From Squalus acanthias (taxonomy: Eukaryota): a stretch of DNA of 64,000 bases. The DNA is taken from contig CM059432.1 in assembly GCA_030390025.1 (NCBI GenBank), forward strand, positions 69,380,001 through 69,444,000. Reading direction: 5' to 3'. This document shows positions 23,901 to 36,163 of the stretch, in pieces (the stretch's first letter is position 1; every line of letters begins with the position of its first letter). The position numbers were made by a program, and so were the translations under genes. The notes beneath the pieces are model-generated. The model made no database searches. It saw only the letters and a list, made by a program, of their open reading frames with translations, and was not told where the DNA came from.

Positions 23901-25004
23901 TTTTCTGCAGGTTGGTACTGGGCCATTGTTGTGCCATTTTGTTGTACATGCAAAAGTAGTTTTGAGATGCTGTAAATCAAAGGAGAACATGCACAGTGAC
24001 AAATACGTGTACAACCTGCACACTGACCTGGGTGTCAGTAACTACGCAACATGCAGCTAGATTTTTTTCACAATGACTTGAGGTGTTATGGCATTGGAAG
24101 ATGTAAGTATTGCAAGGCTTGCAATTGTATGTTACATCTTGACAGTTTGCCCTACTCCAGCCAGCTTTGTGCCAGCAGCTAGGCAAAAAAAGCTTAAACT
24201 TAGCTTGCAGCTGAAAATCGAAGAGCCAATTTATGAATTACAATGAAAGAGCTAGAAGTTTGTGTGAGGGCTTGGCAAGGTTGAGCAGCAAACATGGAAC
24301 AGGTTGATAGACAACGCTCTTATGGGAAGCAGTCTTAAGCTGTTTAACCAGTGCATAGCACTGTTAGGTAGTCTTACCTTGCCAGATTCCTTAACACCCA
24401 TGCTGTCTTTTCTTACATCTATTCCCAGGTCTTGAAGGTAGTGTGCACAAAACTGAACCTGATCATCGCCTGCCCGAAGTTCCAAACAGAGCAACTGCCT
24501 CATACTCATGTTTCAAATTGCCCTCATGTAATTTACTGTACAGAACACTTCCTCATTAATATACTGTTTAGTGCAGATAATTTTCCTTTTGTTCTTTAAA
24601 TCTGCTGTGTTTAATATGTAGTAGAGTCAATTTTGTAAGGTTTCCTGCCGTAGGTGCTGGGTTTGGCAAAATTTATCCTATTATAATGTATTTTGCATTA
24701 TGACTATAAACGTCTGGACATTGTTTTTATGATCCTGCCTATGAGTGAAATAAAATTCTGTGCAAGTAAACAATTTGGAGGAACAAATTATTTTTTTAGT
24801 TTACTTAAGAAAACTAACAGGAGTTCTAATACAATCATTTACTGCTGTTACGTTAAAAATGTAGTTGTATTTATTTAGATAGGTGATACAAAATCTTACT
24901 CCATACAATACAAGCCAAAAAAGCTGGTTGACTGTGGAAACATGTGAAGGCATGTACCTGAATATGGCCCATTATCAGTTATATCAGTACTCAGTGCAGG
25001 ATTG

Positions 25005-27105
25005 AGGGAGTGATGTGGTGTCAGAGATGTCATACTTCAAATAAGTAATTCAAACCAATTTCCTACCTGTCTGTTCGGGTGGATTTTAAAGGTCCCTTAG
25101 CACTGCTCGAAGAAGAGCAGGAAGTTCTCTGTAAGGGGTGAGACCTGTGGCTCTGTGCTTAGCCTGGGTGCTAGTGCGGGGTTAGGCCTTGTTGCCTGTT
25201 CTGGTCTCCAGCCAGCCTGGTAACACTAGACACCTGTGAGTGGTTCGACCCACTCGCCCTTACGGTTCTGACACTGGACTTAGGTGCGAGAGCAATAATG
25301 CAGAGAAAACTCAGGTAGACCCGGTTGAATAGTGCGAAATGGAAAATCTTTATTGCATATTATTCAAGATTACGAAATACATGTCATAAGCACAGATTAA
25401 TGACAGTACAACCTTACACGCAGTTATGTAACTAATTTTAGGGAAACGAGGAGCGCACGACACATCGTAAAAGGGGGCACACATTACAATTATCCTTAAA
25501 GCTTAAACCCTCCCCTATCAATACCTGTCCTAAACTAGATTTGTAGGATCGAGACTCATGCTCACCACTCGTGATAACTCGGAGAATTCCGAAAACTCTG
25601 CTCGGATCTTTTTCCTGCAGCACCTGACCACCCACGTGTTGATCAGGGGTCTCTGTACCCCACTTGTTTACTCGTTTCTGCTCCGGCTAGCAGGCTGGAC
25701 CGTCTGCTGTCATGAAGATCTGTGTTGTCCTCGGAGTTCCGACACTACTCAAAAAAGAGTCTTCCTGTGCCCTTACACCGATGCGATAAAATTCAAAGAA
25801 TGGTCTTCCTGGGCAAGGAAAAGTGTTTATTCGACTTGCAGGCGCGGTCGGGGCTTACTGACCGTGGCGATACGTATTGTCGTCTTCTTCTCTTCTCATC
25901 TCATCTCATCTCATCTCATCTCATCTCGGGCCTTCGGTTCCAACACCGTTTACCGACTTCTCGGGATGGTGTGCCCGTTTCAAGGCCTCACAGCCCAGTT
26001 CTTCACAGATCTTCGCGGCAAGCCACGAGGTTGATCCTGGCGGATCAGAAAGTTCAATAGTCTTCCAGCAAGTCAAACAGCAAGAGCTGCGAGAGGCAGA
26101 GACATGAGGCAAGCGGCAAGGAGTCAAGAGGCAAGAGCAAGAGGCAAGAGCAAGAGACAGATGGACGGTTGTACCTTACAGTTATAGTGCTGTAATTCCT
26201 CTTTTCCTGCCCAATCTTAATGTCTTTCTTTTGTCAGGGTTTTGGCGCTCAAACTTCTTGTATAGGGTGATCTCCGTTTATAATGGGTTTCGGTGATACT
26301 TGTAACTGTCTGAGTACCTGTTAATACTTCTCCCATTGTGGAACCGGTCAGTATTCTCCCTGGAGGGGTTTTGGGGCTTCCAAATGTTTTCTGTAACTAC
26401 CCGCAAACGGCTCTCTCATCGTAGAGTCGTGGGGATTTTGCATATTAATGTCTTTGGATGGGTTCTTGATCGCTCGGTACAATAGCCCTTATTCGCACCT
26501 GGGAGACCGATTCCAGTATTTATGTGTAAAATGCAAACCCATTATGTCTTGTGAATTATCTCAAATGTGCTGAGTCTTGTCCGATCTCGCACAAATGTTT
26601 ATTGGAACGCCATCTTGTCTGCTCATTAAAAAGTCTAGAACGTTCTGCCACGAGGCGTGGCGGCCATTTTACAGGCTGTTTGTGTCCACTTTGAAAACCT
26701 GACAGCATTCTGCTGAAATAAAGCTGTTTGTACGAAACTATATGTCTCCTTCTTATTTTATAAAATCGTGATAATTTTGCGAATTCTACAGCTCCCTGTG
26801 TCCTGGCCGACATTCGTCTCTCAAGCAGATTAACTGGTCATTCACGTCACTGCTGTTTGTTAGACCTTGATGTGTACAAATGGCTGCCGCATTTAGCCAC
26901 ATAATAATAGGACTAATTCTGTGGTCAGGCACTGCTGACAAGGAGCTGCAAGTTCCTTGTGAGTGAGTGTTGCTCCTTGCTGGGAGTGCCTGATGATGCG
27001 ATCAGCCCCAGTTAACTGTACTTCAAATTAATGCATTGTGTGTGAAGTTCTTTGGGACATTTCTGAAAGACATGCATGATAAAATGGCATCTAAATGTAA
27101 GCTCT
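25005..27105 (+). mobile_element. Deu-domain SINE split by an LTR-like insertion (halves about 25005-25129 and 26791-27105)
   Basis: gaagagcaggaagttctc | cctgtgtcctggcc rejoin across the insertion. The SINE tail ctttgggacatttctg...aaatgtaag is at about 27050-27100. Confidence 0.7.
25130..26790 (-). mobile_element. Solo-LTR-like element, 1661 bp
   Basis: TGTA...TACA termini and an imperfect 4-bp TSD tctc/gctc. Interrupts a SINE cleanly. CpG-rich. Minus strand has TATA-like ctataa near 26185 and aataaa near 25350. Confidence 0.7.
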
Positions 27106-27894
27106 TTATATATATTGTGGCTATAAGACAAGTTCTGTATTGGAACAGCTCTGAATTTGATTGAGATCTGATACTATACCTAATTTGTTCTTTTCTTTTT
27201 TAATTTGCAGTATAATTACCGCAGTGCATTTCTAATTTGTACAGCACAGAATCAAATGACACCAGCAGAATGTGATAGCTTTACTCTCCAAGAATGTGAA
27301 TCCATGCTGTAGTATAACTGCAAACAGCACCATCTTCTGGATTACATATACTTTAATGTACATTATTATTTCATGACCTAAAATTTAATCTTTTGTACCA
27401 GCAGAAGAAATTATAACTGAGCTAAACATTGCAAATCTACTTATGCAGAAACAGAGGAAAATCAGTTGCCCCATTTACATTACCTCGCAAGGTAGTTTTG
27501 TTCCATTCGTTCAGAGGTAAAACACTGGGGCAAAGGTGTCAGAAACTGCTGCAGCTGCCATTTGGCATCAGGTATGTATTATGATGCTATTCTACCTTAT
27601 TTTCAAGCCACCTATACAAGCCAGCAATGCAATTTTCACACTGCTGGCCCGACATCAAGGATGATCCATAGCCAGAACAGGAAAGTCAGAAGGATGAATT
27701 GTAGTGACTACAAACTCAAGATAGCATAGTCATTTTATAGCCACATTTTCAACTTTTGAGCAATTGTATAGATGCGGTATAACTATGGCACAAACGTTAT
27801 TGGCACTGCATTGACACTATAACTATAGTAACAGCTGTAATTTGCTGACATACATGTTAGCTTTGCTCTTTTCTCTCCTGATTTGTCTTCTGAT

Positions 27895-28295
27895 TTTCTC
27901 CCTTCAACCTCCCTCTCCTGAAGGCAGTGGCTCATGCTATGATTGCATAAGTACTGACAGTCCTCCAATACTTCAACTCAATGGTAATTCTTCATGTGTG
28001 AGCCTTGACAATGAAAGTCGATAGTCTGTTTAACTGTGGGGCCATCACACCACACATAATCCCATCCTCACGTGATATCCACACAGGCTCACTCCAGCAG
28101 GGGTTATTGGATATCAATAAAGATCAAAAACTCCAACTGGTTTTTCTACTCCGTAGTCTGGCAAAACTGAGGCCAGTAGTTTAATGCTCAATTGCTGCCC
28201 TGGCTGAGATCAGCTATCACAGACGAGAGACTCTTTCTGGTCTATATGGCTCAGTGTCACATCACATGGCACATTTAAGCACTGAGCTATCAGAG
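27895..28295 (-). mobile_element. AmnSINE2-like tRNA-derived SINE
   Basis: Minus strand reads gatagctcagt...ctgagccatatagaccag...gctgatctcagccagggcagc...gctcacacatgaagaat...gccttcaggagagggagg. Family name is from memory. Confidence 0.6.
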
Positions 28296-28674
28296 TTATG
28301 CTCCTTTATTATTCCTTTTGAAGCTGCACAGCTCCACTGTTTTTACATCATTTTTCCACAATGTCTAGGCAAGACCTATATAAGACTTGTTAAAATGTTC
28401 TTTCTAATCTTATTTATATATTAAATAGATATAATCAAATGCATGTGGCAGAGATGAACTTCAGAAGGTATGCTTTGTGTAATTGGGCTGCTGATGTCAG
28501 GTCCTCGCTCCTGGGTTCTGCTTCTACGATTGACACCTGCAGATTAAGTAAATAAAATGCAGCCTTTTTAATAAACGCTTCAACCATGGGGGGAAAATGA
28601 TAATTACAGCAGTAAACTAATTATGAAAGACACAGTTGACACATTACTAAATCACAAATAGGAATTATGCAGAT

Positions 28675-29096
28675 TAACACTCTAACCATAATATTATTTC
28701 AGTTTGATGGAATCACCAGTACTTTACTGTCACATTCTGTTCTTAGGTGTTAATGGGCAAAACTGTGTATTCCTGCCTATAGTTGTCAGACAGACACACA
28801 AATGAATTGGTTGTCACCATCAGAGCTGAGATAACTAGCATGCATCACCCTCATTATAACCTTGAAGTTAATGCAAATAGATGTTAGTTGGTCCCACAAC
28901 TAACTCCCTGTTTTTTTTCCCCTGTCAACTCTCGGTGCATTGCATTCCTTTTTAAAGTAGACGCTTAGAGGTGAGACTGGAGGGTTTGTTTATCTGAGTA
29001 CAAACCTGTCATATTTTACAGATCTATTTTAGTTAAGATATTCTGCAGGAAACTTATAAAGAGATAAATTTCCTCAGCTAGATCAGCTGGTCTTGA
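28675..29096. repeat. Composite inverted duplication (copies of 22324-22618 and 29569-29712)
   Basis: 28675-28837 = RC(22440-22618); 28834-28984 = RC(29569-29713); 28984-29096 = RC(22324-22435). Confidence 0.9.
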
Positions 29097-29129
29097 TGAC
29101 AAGTAATTAATTTACCTTTGTTTAACTCT

Positions 29130-29586
29130 ATTCCTTCTGCATCCGTCCCTGGAAAAAGCTCTCCCCCAAGTCACTGATAACTGCGCTTTCAAACTCCCAG
29201 CCTTTGGCCCTCAGTTTGCCATGTTACTTCTGCAGCTGTCTATCTATCTGCTCAAACCACTCCCTCATATCCATCTTTAATGCCATGTCCCCAGTAAAAT
29301 TGTTACTCTCACCCACCCTGATTGTTGCTCTTAGTATGGACTCCATCATCGCGCCCTCAAATCCAAGGGGCGCAGCCTTGAACGTATCTGGTACACAACT
29401 GATTTAACAATCTATTGCCTTATCGGGCTGGATCACATCAAGCGCTATCAGGCCCAGTTCTCCTCTGCCAAAACTGTTCACTGCGTCAGGAACATCCTGG
29501 AATGCAAAGATAGCCCTCGGCTTCTTTTCTCCACCACCAACCATCTCCTTAAACCGCTCTCCCCTGCTCCCTCCAGCCTCACCTCT
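29130..29586 (+). mobile_element. Decayed L2 LINE internal fragment
   Basis: C-rich L2-type sequence, e.g. aggaacatcctggaatgcaaagatagccctcggcttcttttctccaccaccaaccatctccttaaacc (frame ILECKDSPRLLFSTTNHLLKP). Confidence 0.55.
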
Positions 29587-29894
29587 ACTTTAAAAAGTCA
29601 AGCAATGCACAGAGATTTGACAGGCAAACAAAAAGACAGGGAATTCATTGTGGGAGCAACTAACATCTATTTGCATTAACTTCAAGGTTATAATGAGGCC
29701 GATGCATGCTAGTAGTACGGCCTCATTAAATCTGTTAATTTCTTATGCTGCTAAGTCCGGCATGCAAGGCTGTCATTGCAGTGGTCTACCTGTCTGTTTC
29801 CACACTGCAGTGCTCTGCCTGCAGGGGGCTGCTCACCGAGTGTAAAATGAGGGAATCGATCAGCATTTACTTGTTCATGCTCATTAAATATGTG

Positions 29895-30018
29895 GGGGTA
29901 GATTTTTAACTTACTGTCCATTGAAATCAATGGAAATTTAAAACTGGGCAGTTTCTATGATGATTGACAAATCAGGAATGTCAGCTCTACACCCAGGCGG
30001 TAAGTCAAAAATCTACCC
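29895..30018. mobile_element. Short MITE with central palindrome
   Basis: TIRs gggtagatttttaactta and taagtcaaaaatctaccc. Internal ccattgaaatcaatgg. Confidence 0.65.
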
Positions 30019-30085
30019 TGTGGTCTTTCTCGCTGATGAAGTATTGCACAGTGCCCTCATGTGTCACATTATCTACTGCTCAACT

Positions 30086-30379
30086 TAGGTTTGCCAACTC
30101 TGGTTGGACATATTCCTGGAGGTTTCATCACACGACCTCGCATCTCCAACTACCCAAATAGCCTATTTTCCCATCTCCACTATTTATCTAACTAACTAAT
30201 AAATGAAAGTGTTCAAAGAAAATGAAAAAAAAAACACAATTTATTTAATGCCCCTAAATGCTGATTGATTCCCTCCTGTTACACTCGATTTTTCTCCTGG
30301 GTTGCTCACAACAGTGTCCAGGAGATTAATCTTTAATTCCTGGAGATGCCAGGACAATCCTGGAGGGTTGGCAACCCTA
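30086..30379. mobile_element. hAT (Blackjack-type) MITE
   Basis: TIRs taggtttgccaac and gttggcaacccta. 8-bp TSD gctcaact/gctcagct (7/8). Subterminal cctggag repeats. Confidence 0.85.
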
Positions 30380-31976
30380 GCTCAGCTTTCATAGCACCAT
30401 TCTCACTTAGCATCCAAAAATGAACTTGAATGTGTTTCTATGGCACTTACCACAATGTACAACCACTCGCACTGTTTGACATACGAATATTGCTCACTTA
30501 GCATGTCCAGTTTGTCCTAACATCAAGGACATATTTCAAGCCCCGATTTTTTTTTAAATGTTCATCTTTTACCTGCAAACCACTTTGCTCCAGTCTGAAT
30601 CAAGAACCAATCCTATTCCCATTCTTTGGCATGTATGAAAAACAAGCAAATTCTCTTGCTTGTATGTATTTATTCTTTAACTCCACACTCACTAATAAAC
30701 CATCACTTTTGATCACTACTGAACAGGCTTAGAGCCAATTTGTGCTGCTGCAGTCAACCTATTGTCATTGACAATAATGGAGCTAGCAAGTGGAGGGGTG
30801 GTGCACCTCATTTTCTCACCACCCTCATCATATCCACAAATTGCCAGCATAACAAGGAATATCTGTAGAAAAATAATGCTTATGAATCATTAGTGACACT
30901 CTCAAGATGTCTGTGAATTTATATCAGTTTATATGTAGGGTCTAGCAGCTTTGGTGTCACTAGGTGGATTATCTTAGCAACTTTCACTGTATTATTAATG
31001 CGCTTTTGCAACCAGTTCCCTTCAAACAAGACTATCTTTACCCTCCCTGCTGTTGGGATCAGTACATTACAGTATATTCCATGGTCTGTACCTATCATCC
31101 ATGTAGTTCAGCTTTCAGTCTTTATTTTTGGCATGTGGATGACAAGACCCCTATAAGATATATTTGTGTTTAATATTTAAATGATTGTAGCGCACAATAG
31201 CTGTTAATATGTCCCGTTGTTATAAACAAAACAGTAAACGTTGCCTTTATTGTGCAAATGAATATGCACAAATTATCTCTATGGCTTGGCTGAGTTGTGC
31301 AAACTAGTTACAGTTGCTAGATTCAAACCAGCACTGAAAAAACAAGACTGTCAGAGGTGGAAAGTGAAGAACAAGACAGTTACTGCTTGCCAGAATAATG
31401 TTCAGGAAGAAGGGGATTTCAAGACCAATTATATTTCAACAATTTTAGAATGCAGTAATTTGCTTTGCTATGGTTTCACATCTTGTGACCACTGAATACT
31501 GAGACAGAGAAGGTACTCTGATGCCCAGGTAATAAATACTCAATTACACAAAATGAAGAAGTATAAAACTACATATAATTAATTGATTTGCCTGTGTTTT
31601 GTGTCAATTTAAACATTAAGTTGAGTTGTACTTTTAAAATGTTAACGTTTTATTCTTTTATAATTTCCCAATATCATTTAGAGGTTTTCATCATTGCCTT
31701 TTTGATAATAATTTCAGTTTTTGACTATAGTAATCAGTTGATTTAAAAAAAAATCCATTAAAATGATTAATTTGTAATTTTGAACTATGTTTACTGCAAT
31801 AATATTCGGTTCTGTTATTTACACACTTTCTCTTTAATGCAGGAATTGTTCCTTAATGTAGTTAGTAAACTGATTAAAAAGAACAAAAAATCTCTTCAGG
31901 TTAAAATAAAGCCAAAATTGCATCTTTGACAATAAGTGAAATCCTCTCAACTTCGAAATTGTACACACAAATCTCA

Positions 31977-34236
31977 GGCCTAGAAATTGGATAGCGCAAG
32001 AAAACAGGCACGGGCAACGCAACGTGAGATACGCCTGTGCCCGTTCAAAAAGTGCAGGCAGCACGTCAACTTCATACTGCCAGCTAATTATCATGATTGT
32101 AGCGCACAGCCTAGCGCCGAACGTGCTGCTGACAGGCTGTGCGTCAGCAGGTGGCCGAAGTTCGCATTGCTCGAGCGAGGTTAGCTTTACTTAAAGCTAG
32201 CTTGCTCCTCTTAAAGGCAGTCTGCATCTCTTAAAACTGAGCTGCTGTCTGCAGATAAAAAAAATGTAAAGTGCTTCACCACCAGGCAGTCTGCACCTTC
32301 TAAAGGTGAGCTGCATTCTGCTGATGAAAAACAGTAAAAGTGGTTCAGCGCTAACACAAATGGCTCAACAGACCAGGGAAAAGGCACCCAGGGTCTCGGA
32401 TGCAGCATTCAAGCTTTGTGCAGGGGGTCAACACTGGAAGAGAGGTCCTCTACCCACAGGGGGCACTGAGGCCCTCCAGAAAGAATGATGTGGGACCAGA
32501 TCAACGAGGCCTGTCACGGCCAGCAGTGTCGCCCCCCCCAGGGCCTGGCTCCAGTGCCCAAAGAAGCTTCATGACCTCAGACAGTGGTCAAGGTCAGTGA
32601 ATGCATCTTCAAAAGCCGTCTCCTACCAACTGCACCACTAGCCTCACACACTGCTCAATGCACCACATCCCCATCACTCACCTACCAACAATCTCTACCA
32701 AACACGAGTAACACCTCACATTCCTAACTTCACCTCACCCCCTTGGAGGAGACAGTGCTGGCCATTCTTGGCAGGGGCATGGCTGAGCCCTTGGCTAGCC
32801 ATGGGGCTGAAAGAATACAAGATGCTGGTATCCTCATTCGTTATTCTCCTTCTCACATCTCACTTCCCCCTCATCCTACAATACCTTCTGATTTACAAGC
32901 TGCATAGTGTAAGCATGCACCTCTTGCTTAACCCCTCTCCCCTCATCACAACCTTACCCCTGTGCCTTACTCATTTCAGACACCCAAGAAATCCAGCTTG
33001 CCCAGCCAGTGGGTCAACAAGAAGGCGAGGAGAGTGAAGAAGAAGAAGAAGAAACACTGTCACTCGATTTCACACACCCAGCCACGAGCTCCTCAAGGTT
33101 GTCCTGCAAGGCCACCTGCAGTGTCCCCCACTGAAAGTCAACAGCCTTCACCAGCTATGCTGCAGCCACTGGGGTAGCACTGTGTAACAGCACTAGGATA
33201 GGCTAAGGCACATGCAAGGCACTCACTAAGGGAATGCACAAGAGTGGTTTAGTTGATTTTTTGATGTAATATTGGATGCATATATGGATAAAGTTGGATT
33301 GAAAAGTTTGCTTTGTGGTGGCTTTTATTTCAGCATTGTGGCCAAGAGGACGCTGTGATGGTCAGTAACAGAGTGAACAGTAAGGTGTGGGACAAATGTT
33401 GAAAGGAGAATTGGGGTAGTGGCTTGGTGCAATACATTAAAAAAATTATTAAAATGTACAGGGAGTGCAGTGAGTGCTGCTGGACATTGGGGTTGTGTTC
33501 ACTGGTACAGCAGATGGATGATTCGATCCCATATATCCCAGCCAGAAAGGGTTTGTCTGGGTTGCCTCATTCCTTCCGCTTCCTCCTCTTCTGCTTTTTC
33601 CTCTTCTGCTTCTTCGTCTTTCTCCTCCTCCTCCTTCTGCGAGCAGTTTGTCCCCTTTGCTGCCTCTGCTCCATATCTATGTCATGCTGCAGCCCAAGGG
33701 TGACTGCAACTAGAGCCCCCAGGACTGGGAGCAAGTGGTGTTCTTAGAGGCCTTCCTTTAAGAGCCAAAGCCTTGCAAATGTCCAGCAGCACTCATTGCA
33801 CTCCCTGCACATTTTAATAATTTTTTTAATGTATTGCACCAAGCCACTACTCCAATAAAATGTAAAGAAACCAGTACAAAAGCAAAAATTTAAACTTACC
33901 TGAAAGTTGTGTGTGTCCTTTTAAAAAACGCTGGCAGCGGGCCTGTCGTACTGCTGTACGTACGTTCTGCCATGCGTGGTTTGAAGAGGGTGTTCGTAAG
34001 AGCGGCAACGTCCAAAATCTCAGATCATGCATCAATTCAGCGTTGCACTCCGATTGACGTCATGATCTGTATCATTTAACTATGCGAAGCGAGCGCAGGC
34101 AATGGCAGCGCTGCCGAACTGCCCAAAATGGCGGCCGTCGCATTGCGCACTGGAAGTGGGCGGAAGTGAAGCAGCCGCCATTTTTTCTTCCAAACCGACC
34201 TTAACGTCCGGCACAAACGGCTCCAATTTCTGGGCT
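31977..34236 (+). mobile_element. Non-autonomous Harbinger with decayed Myb/SANT-like gene
   Basis: TIRs ggcctagaaattgg and ccaatttctgggct, flanks tca/tga. MAQQTREKAPRVSDAA start at 32360. WLQC..K.F.DL-like block near 32545-32595, followed by a gt donor. Confidence 0.7.
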
Positions 34237-34322
34237 TGAGTCTTTGTTTCTTGTCACACTAAAGAAGCTTTCTGTCAACTCATTTTTTTTGGATGTAGAA
34301 AGCACTCTTGCTCAAAGATTTA

Positions 34323-35216
34323 GGGGTAGAAATTAGGTCGCGCCCCATTTGGGGCGCAAATATCGTCCGGACGCAAATATTAGCGCCTGGCGCTAATTAT
34401 CGGCACTGACGGGAAACTTCACTTTTACCGCCCCGGGAGGTGAGTGGAGCGCTAAAGCAGGCGCTGCACACCTCTCTTAAGGCGCAAAGGCCGAGCAGTG
34501 AGGCGCTAACTCGGAGCGCTGGCGAAGCTCATGTAATGTCAGTCAGCAATGAAACACACACACAATGGCACGGGCCAGTTCTTAAAGGGGATGGTTAATC
34601 TTGCTTTCCATCCACATCCTGTTCATTGCTGCCTTGAATCTCGGCCTGGAGAGACTTGCACATCAAATGTGCTGGAAAGAACAATGGAGAGCACCAGGCA
34701 AAGAGCTCAGAGTGCAGCTCCCACGGTCTCTGCTAAATCGATACAAGGAATGGCAAATCAAAATGAACCTGCAAAGTGCTGCTCAGTACCCAAAACTCCT
34801 TCCCACAATGTTGAATCTCTCCAGAAGTCTCTCCCTCTCTCTCTCAGAATGCGTAGTTCAAAAATGCCACCAACAATAAAAGACAGGAAGAGGCCCCCTT
34901 TAAATAGCGCCCCCCCCCAGCCCCACAGCGATTGATAGCGTTCCAGTCTTCTGGTCGTTGGAAGCGCCAGGCGGTAAGGCAGGGGGCGCCACTCAATTTC
35001 CGCTACGGGGCGCCCCAAGGGCGTTGCACCATGGAATGACGTCACAATCTGCGCGCGCAGGTGGTCGCAGCGGTAAGTTTTAGCGCCGCCGCACAATCTC
35101 AAGTTAAGTTCTCGAGCGGCGCAAACATCGCTGCGCCCGGGCGTTAGCGGCTTTGCGCCCCATTAGCGCCCTCTTAAGGTGCTAACGGGTGGTGCAACCA
35201 AGTGAATTTTTACCCC
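34323..35216. mobile_element. Harbinger-type MITE family K, divergent subfamily, opposite orientation
   Basis: TIRs ggggtagaaatt and aatttttacccc. Perfect TTA TSD. Homologous to 6828-7713. Confidence 0.9.
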
Positions 35217-35550
35217 TTAAACTCCTAACTGTGACAGTTCATAGTTATAAATATGTGTTTTGCCCCACAATGTAAACTTCTCTTTTGCCCCTTTCTGGGT
35301 GAGGTGAGTGTGTGGAGGGCAACTCCTTTGCATTCCAAATGCAAATGCAATCTTCCCATTCCAGCACACTGATACAAAGCTATATTGTGTTGAGTGGTCT
35401 GGTTAAAAATTGTGACCACTACGTACAATAAAGAAGGAAACAAGAAAAAAAAAGATGCAAATTTATGCTTTGCTTTAATAAGCACTGTAACTTCATAAAG
35501 TTTTGTGTAAGGTTTGCAAACAGGATTTCAGAATGGTAGAATTAGTAATA

Positions 35551-35969
35551 CAGGAAACTCTTTATTAACCGGCACCGACGGGACCGGCGTGGTGCCGGTT
35601 TATCGAAAGTACCGGATAACGGAGAGTTAGATCTACCGAGGCTATTTTTAACAAAGAGACTCCAGGCAGCGCGGGAGAATCAACTCCTGCTACTGCAGTG
35701 TTTCGGACTTCCGACAGCGCCAGGAGGCCGAGTAGTGGCACTTTTGAAAACTACCCCTACTGACTAAATCGGCGTTCGCGGACTCAGACTTGGGATCGGC
35801 AACATTGCCGGTTATTTGAGAGGAGTTTTCAGAGTACTCGGCGTCCGCGGAGACTCGACTGCGACTCGGCAACATTGCCGGTTATTTGAGAGGAGTTTTC
35901 GGAGGATGATTTTTGCCGGTTAAGCGAGAATTCCGGATATTTGGGTGCCGGATAAATAAAAGTTTCCTG
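35551..35969. mobile_element. Tc1/mariner-pogo (Tigger-like) MITE
   Basis: 25-bp TIRs caggaaactctttattaaccggcac and gtgccggataaataaaagtttcctg, flanked by TA on both sides. Internal 35-bp direct repeat tcggcaacattgccggttatttgagaggagttttc occurs twice. Confidence 0.9.
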
Positions 35970-36059
35970 TAAAATGATTTCATTGTCATTGACTATTATT
36001 GCCACTGCAAATATTGAAATCAACAAAAAGATAGTATTTGCTGCAAGCACACAACATAA

Positions 36060-36163
36060 CAAAAGCAAAATACTGCAGATGCTGGAAATCTGAAATAAAA
36101 CAGAAAATGCTGGAATTACTCAGCAGGTCAGACAGCATCTGTGGAGAGAGTAACAGAGCTAAT
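36060..36163 (-). mobile_element. Short Penelope/SINE-type 3' fragment, continuing at 37154-37172
   Basis: aaaagcaaaatactgcagatgctggaaatctgaaataaaacagaaaatgctgga...ctcagcaggtc..cagcatctgtggagagag is a repeat end I recall from shark genomes. It is interrupted by the MITE at 36164. Confidence 0.5.

Noticed and set aside
24252..24509. 85-aa minus-strand ORF with an internal gtaaga donor
   Set aside because: No recognisable domain; it lies next to decayed Harbinger-like sequence.
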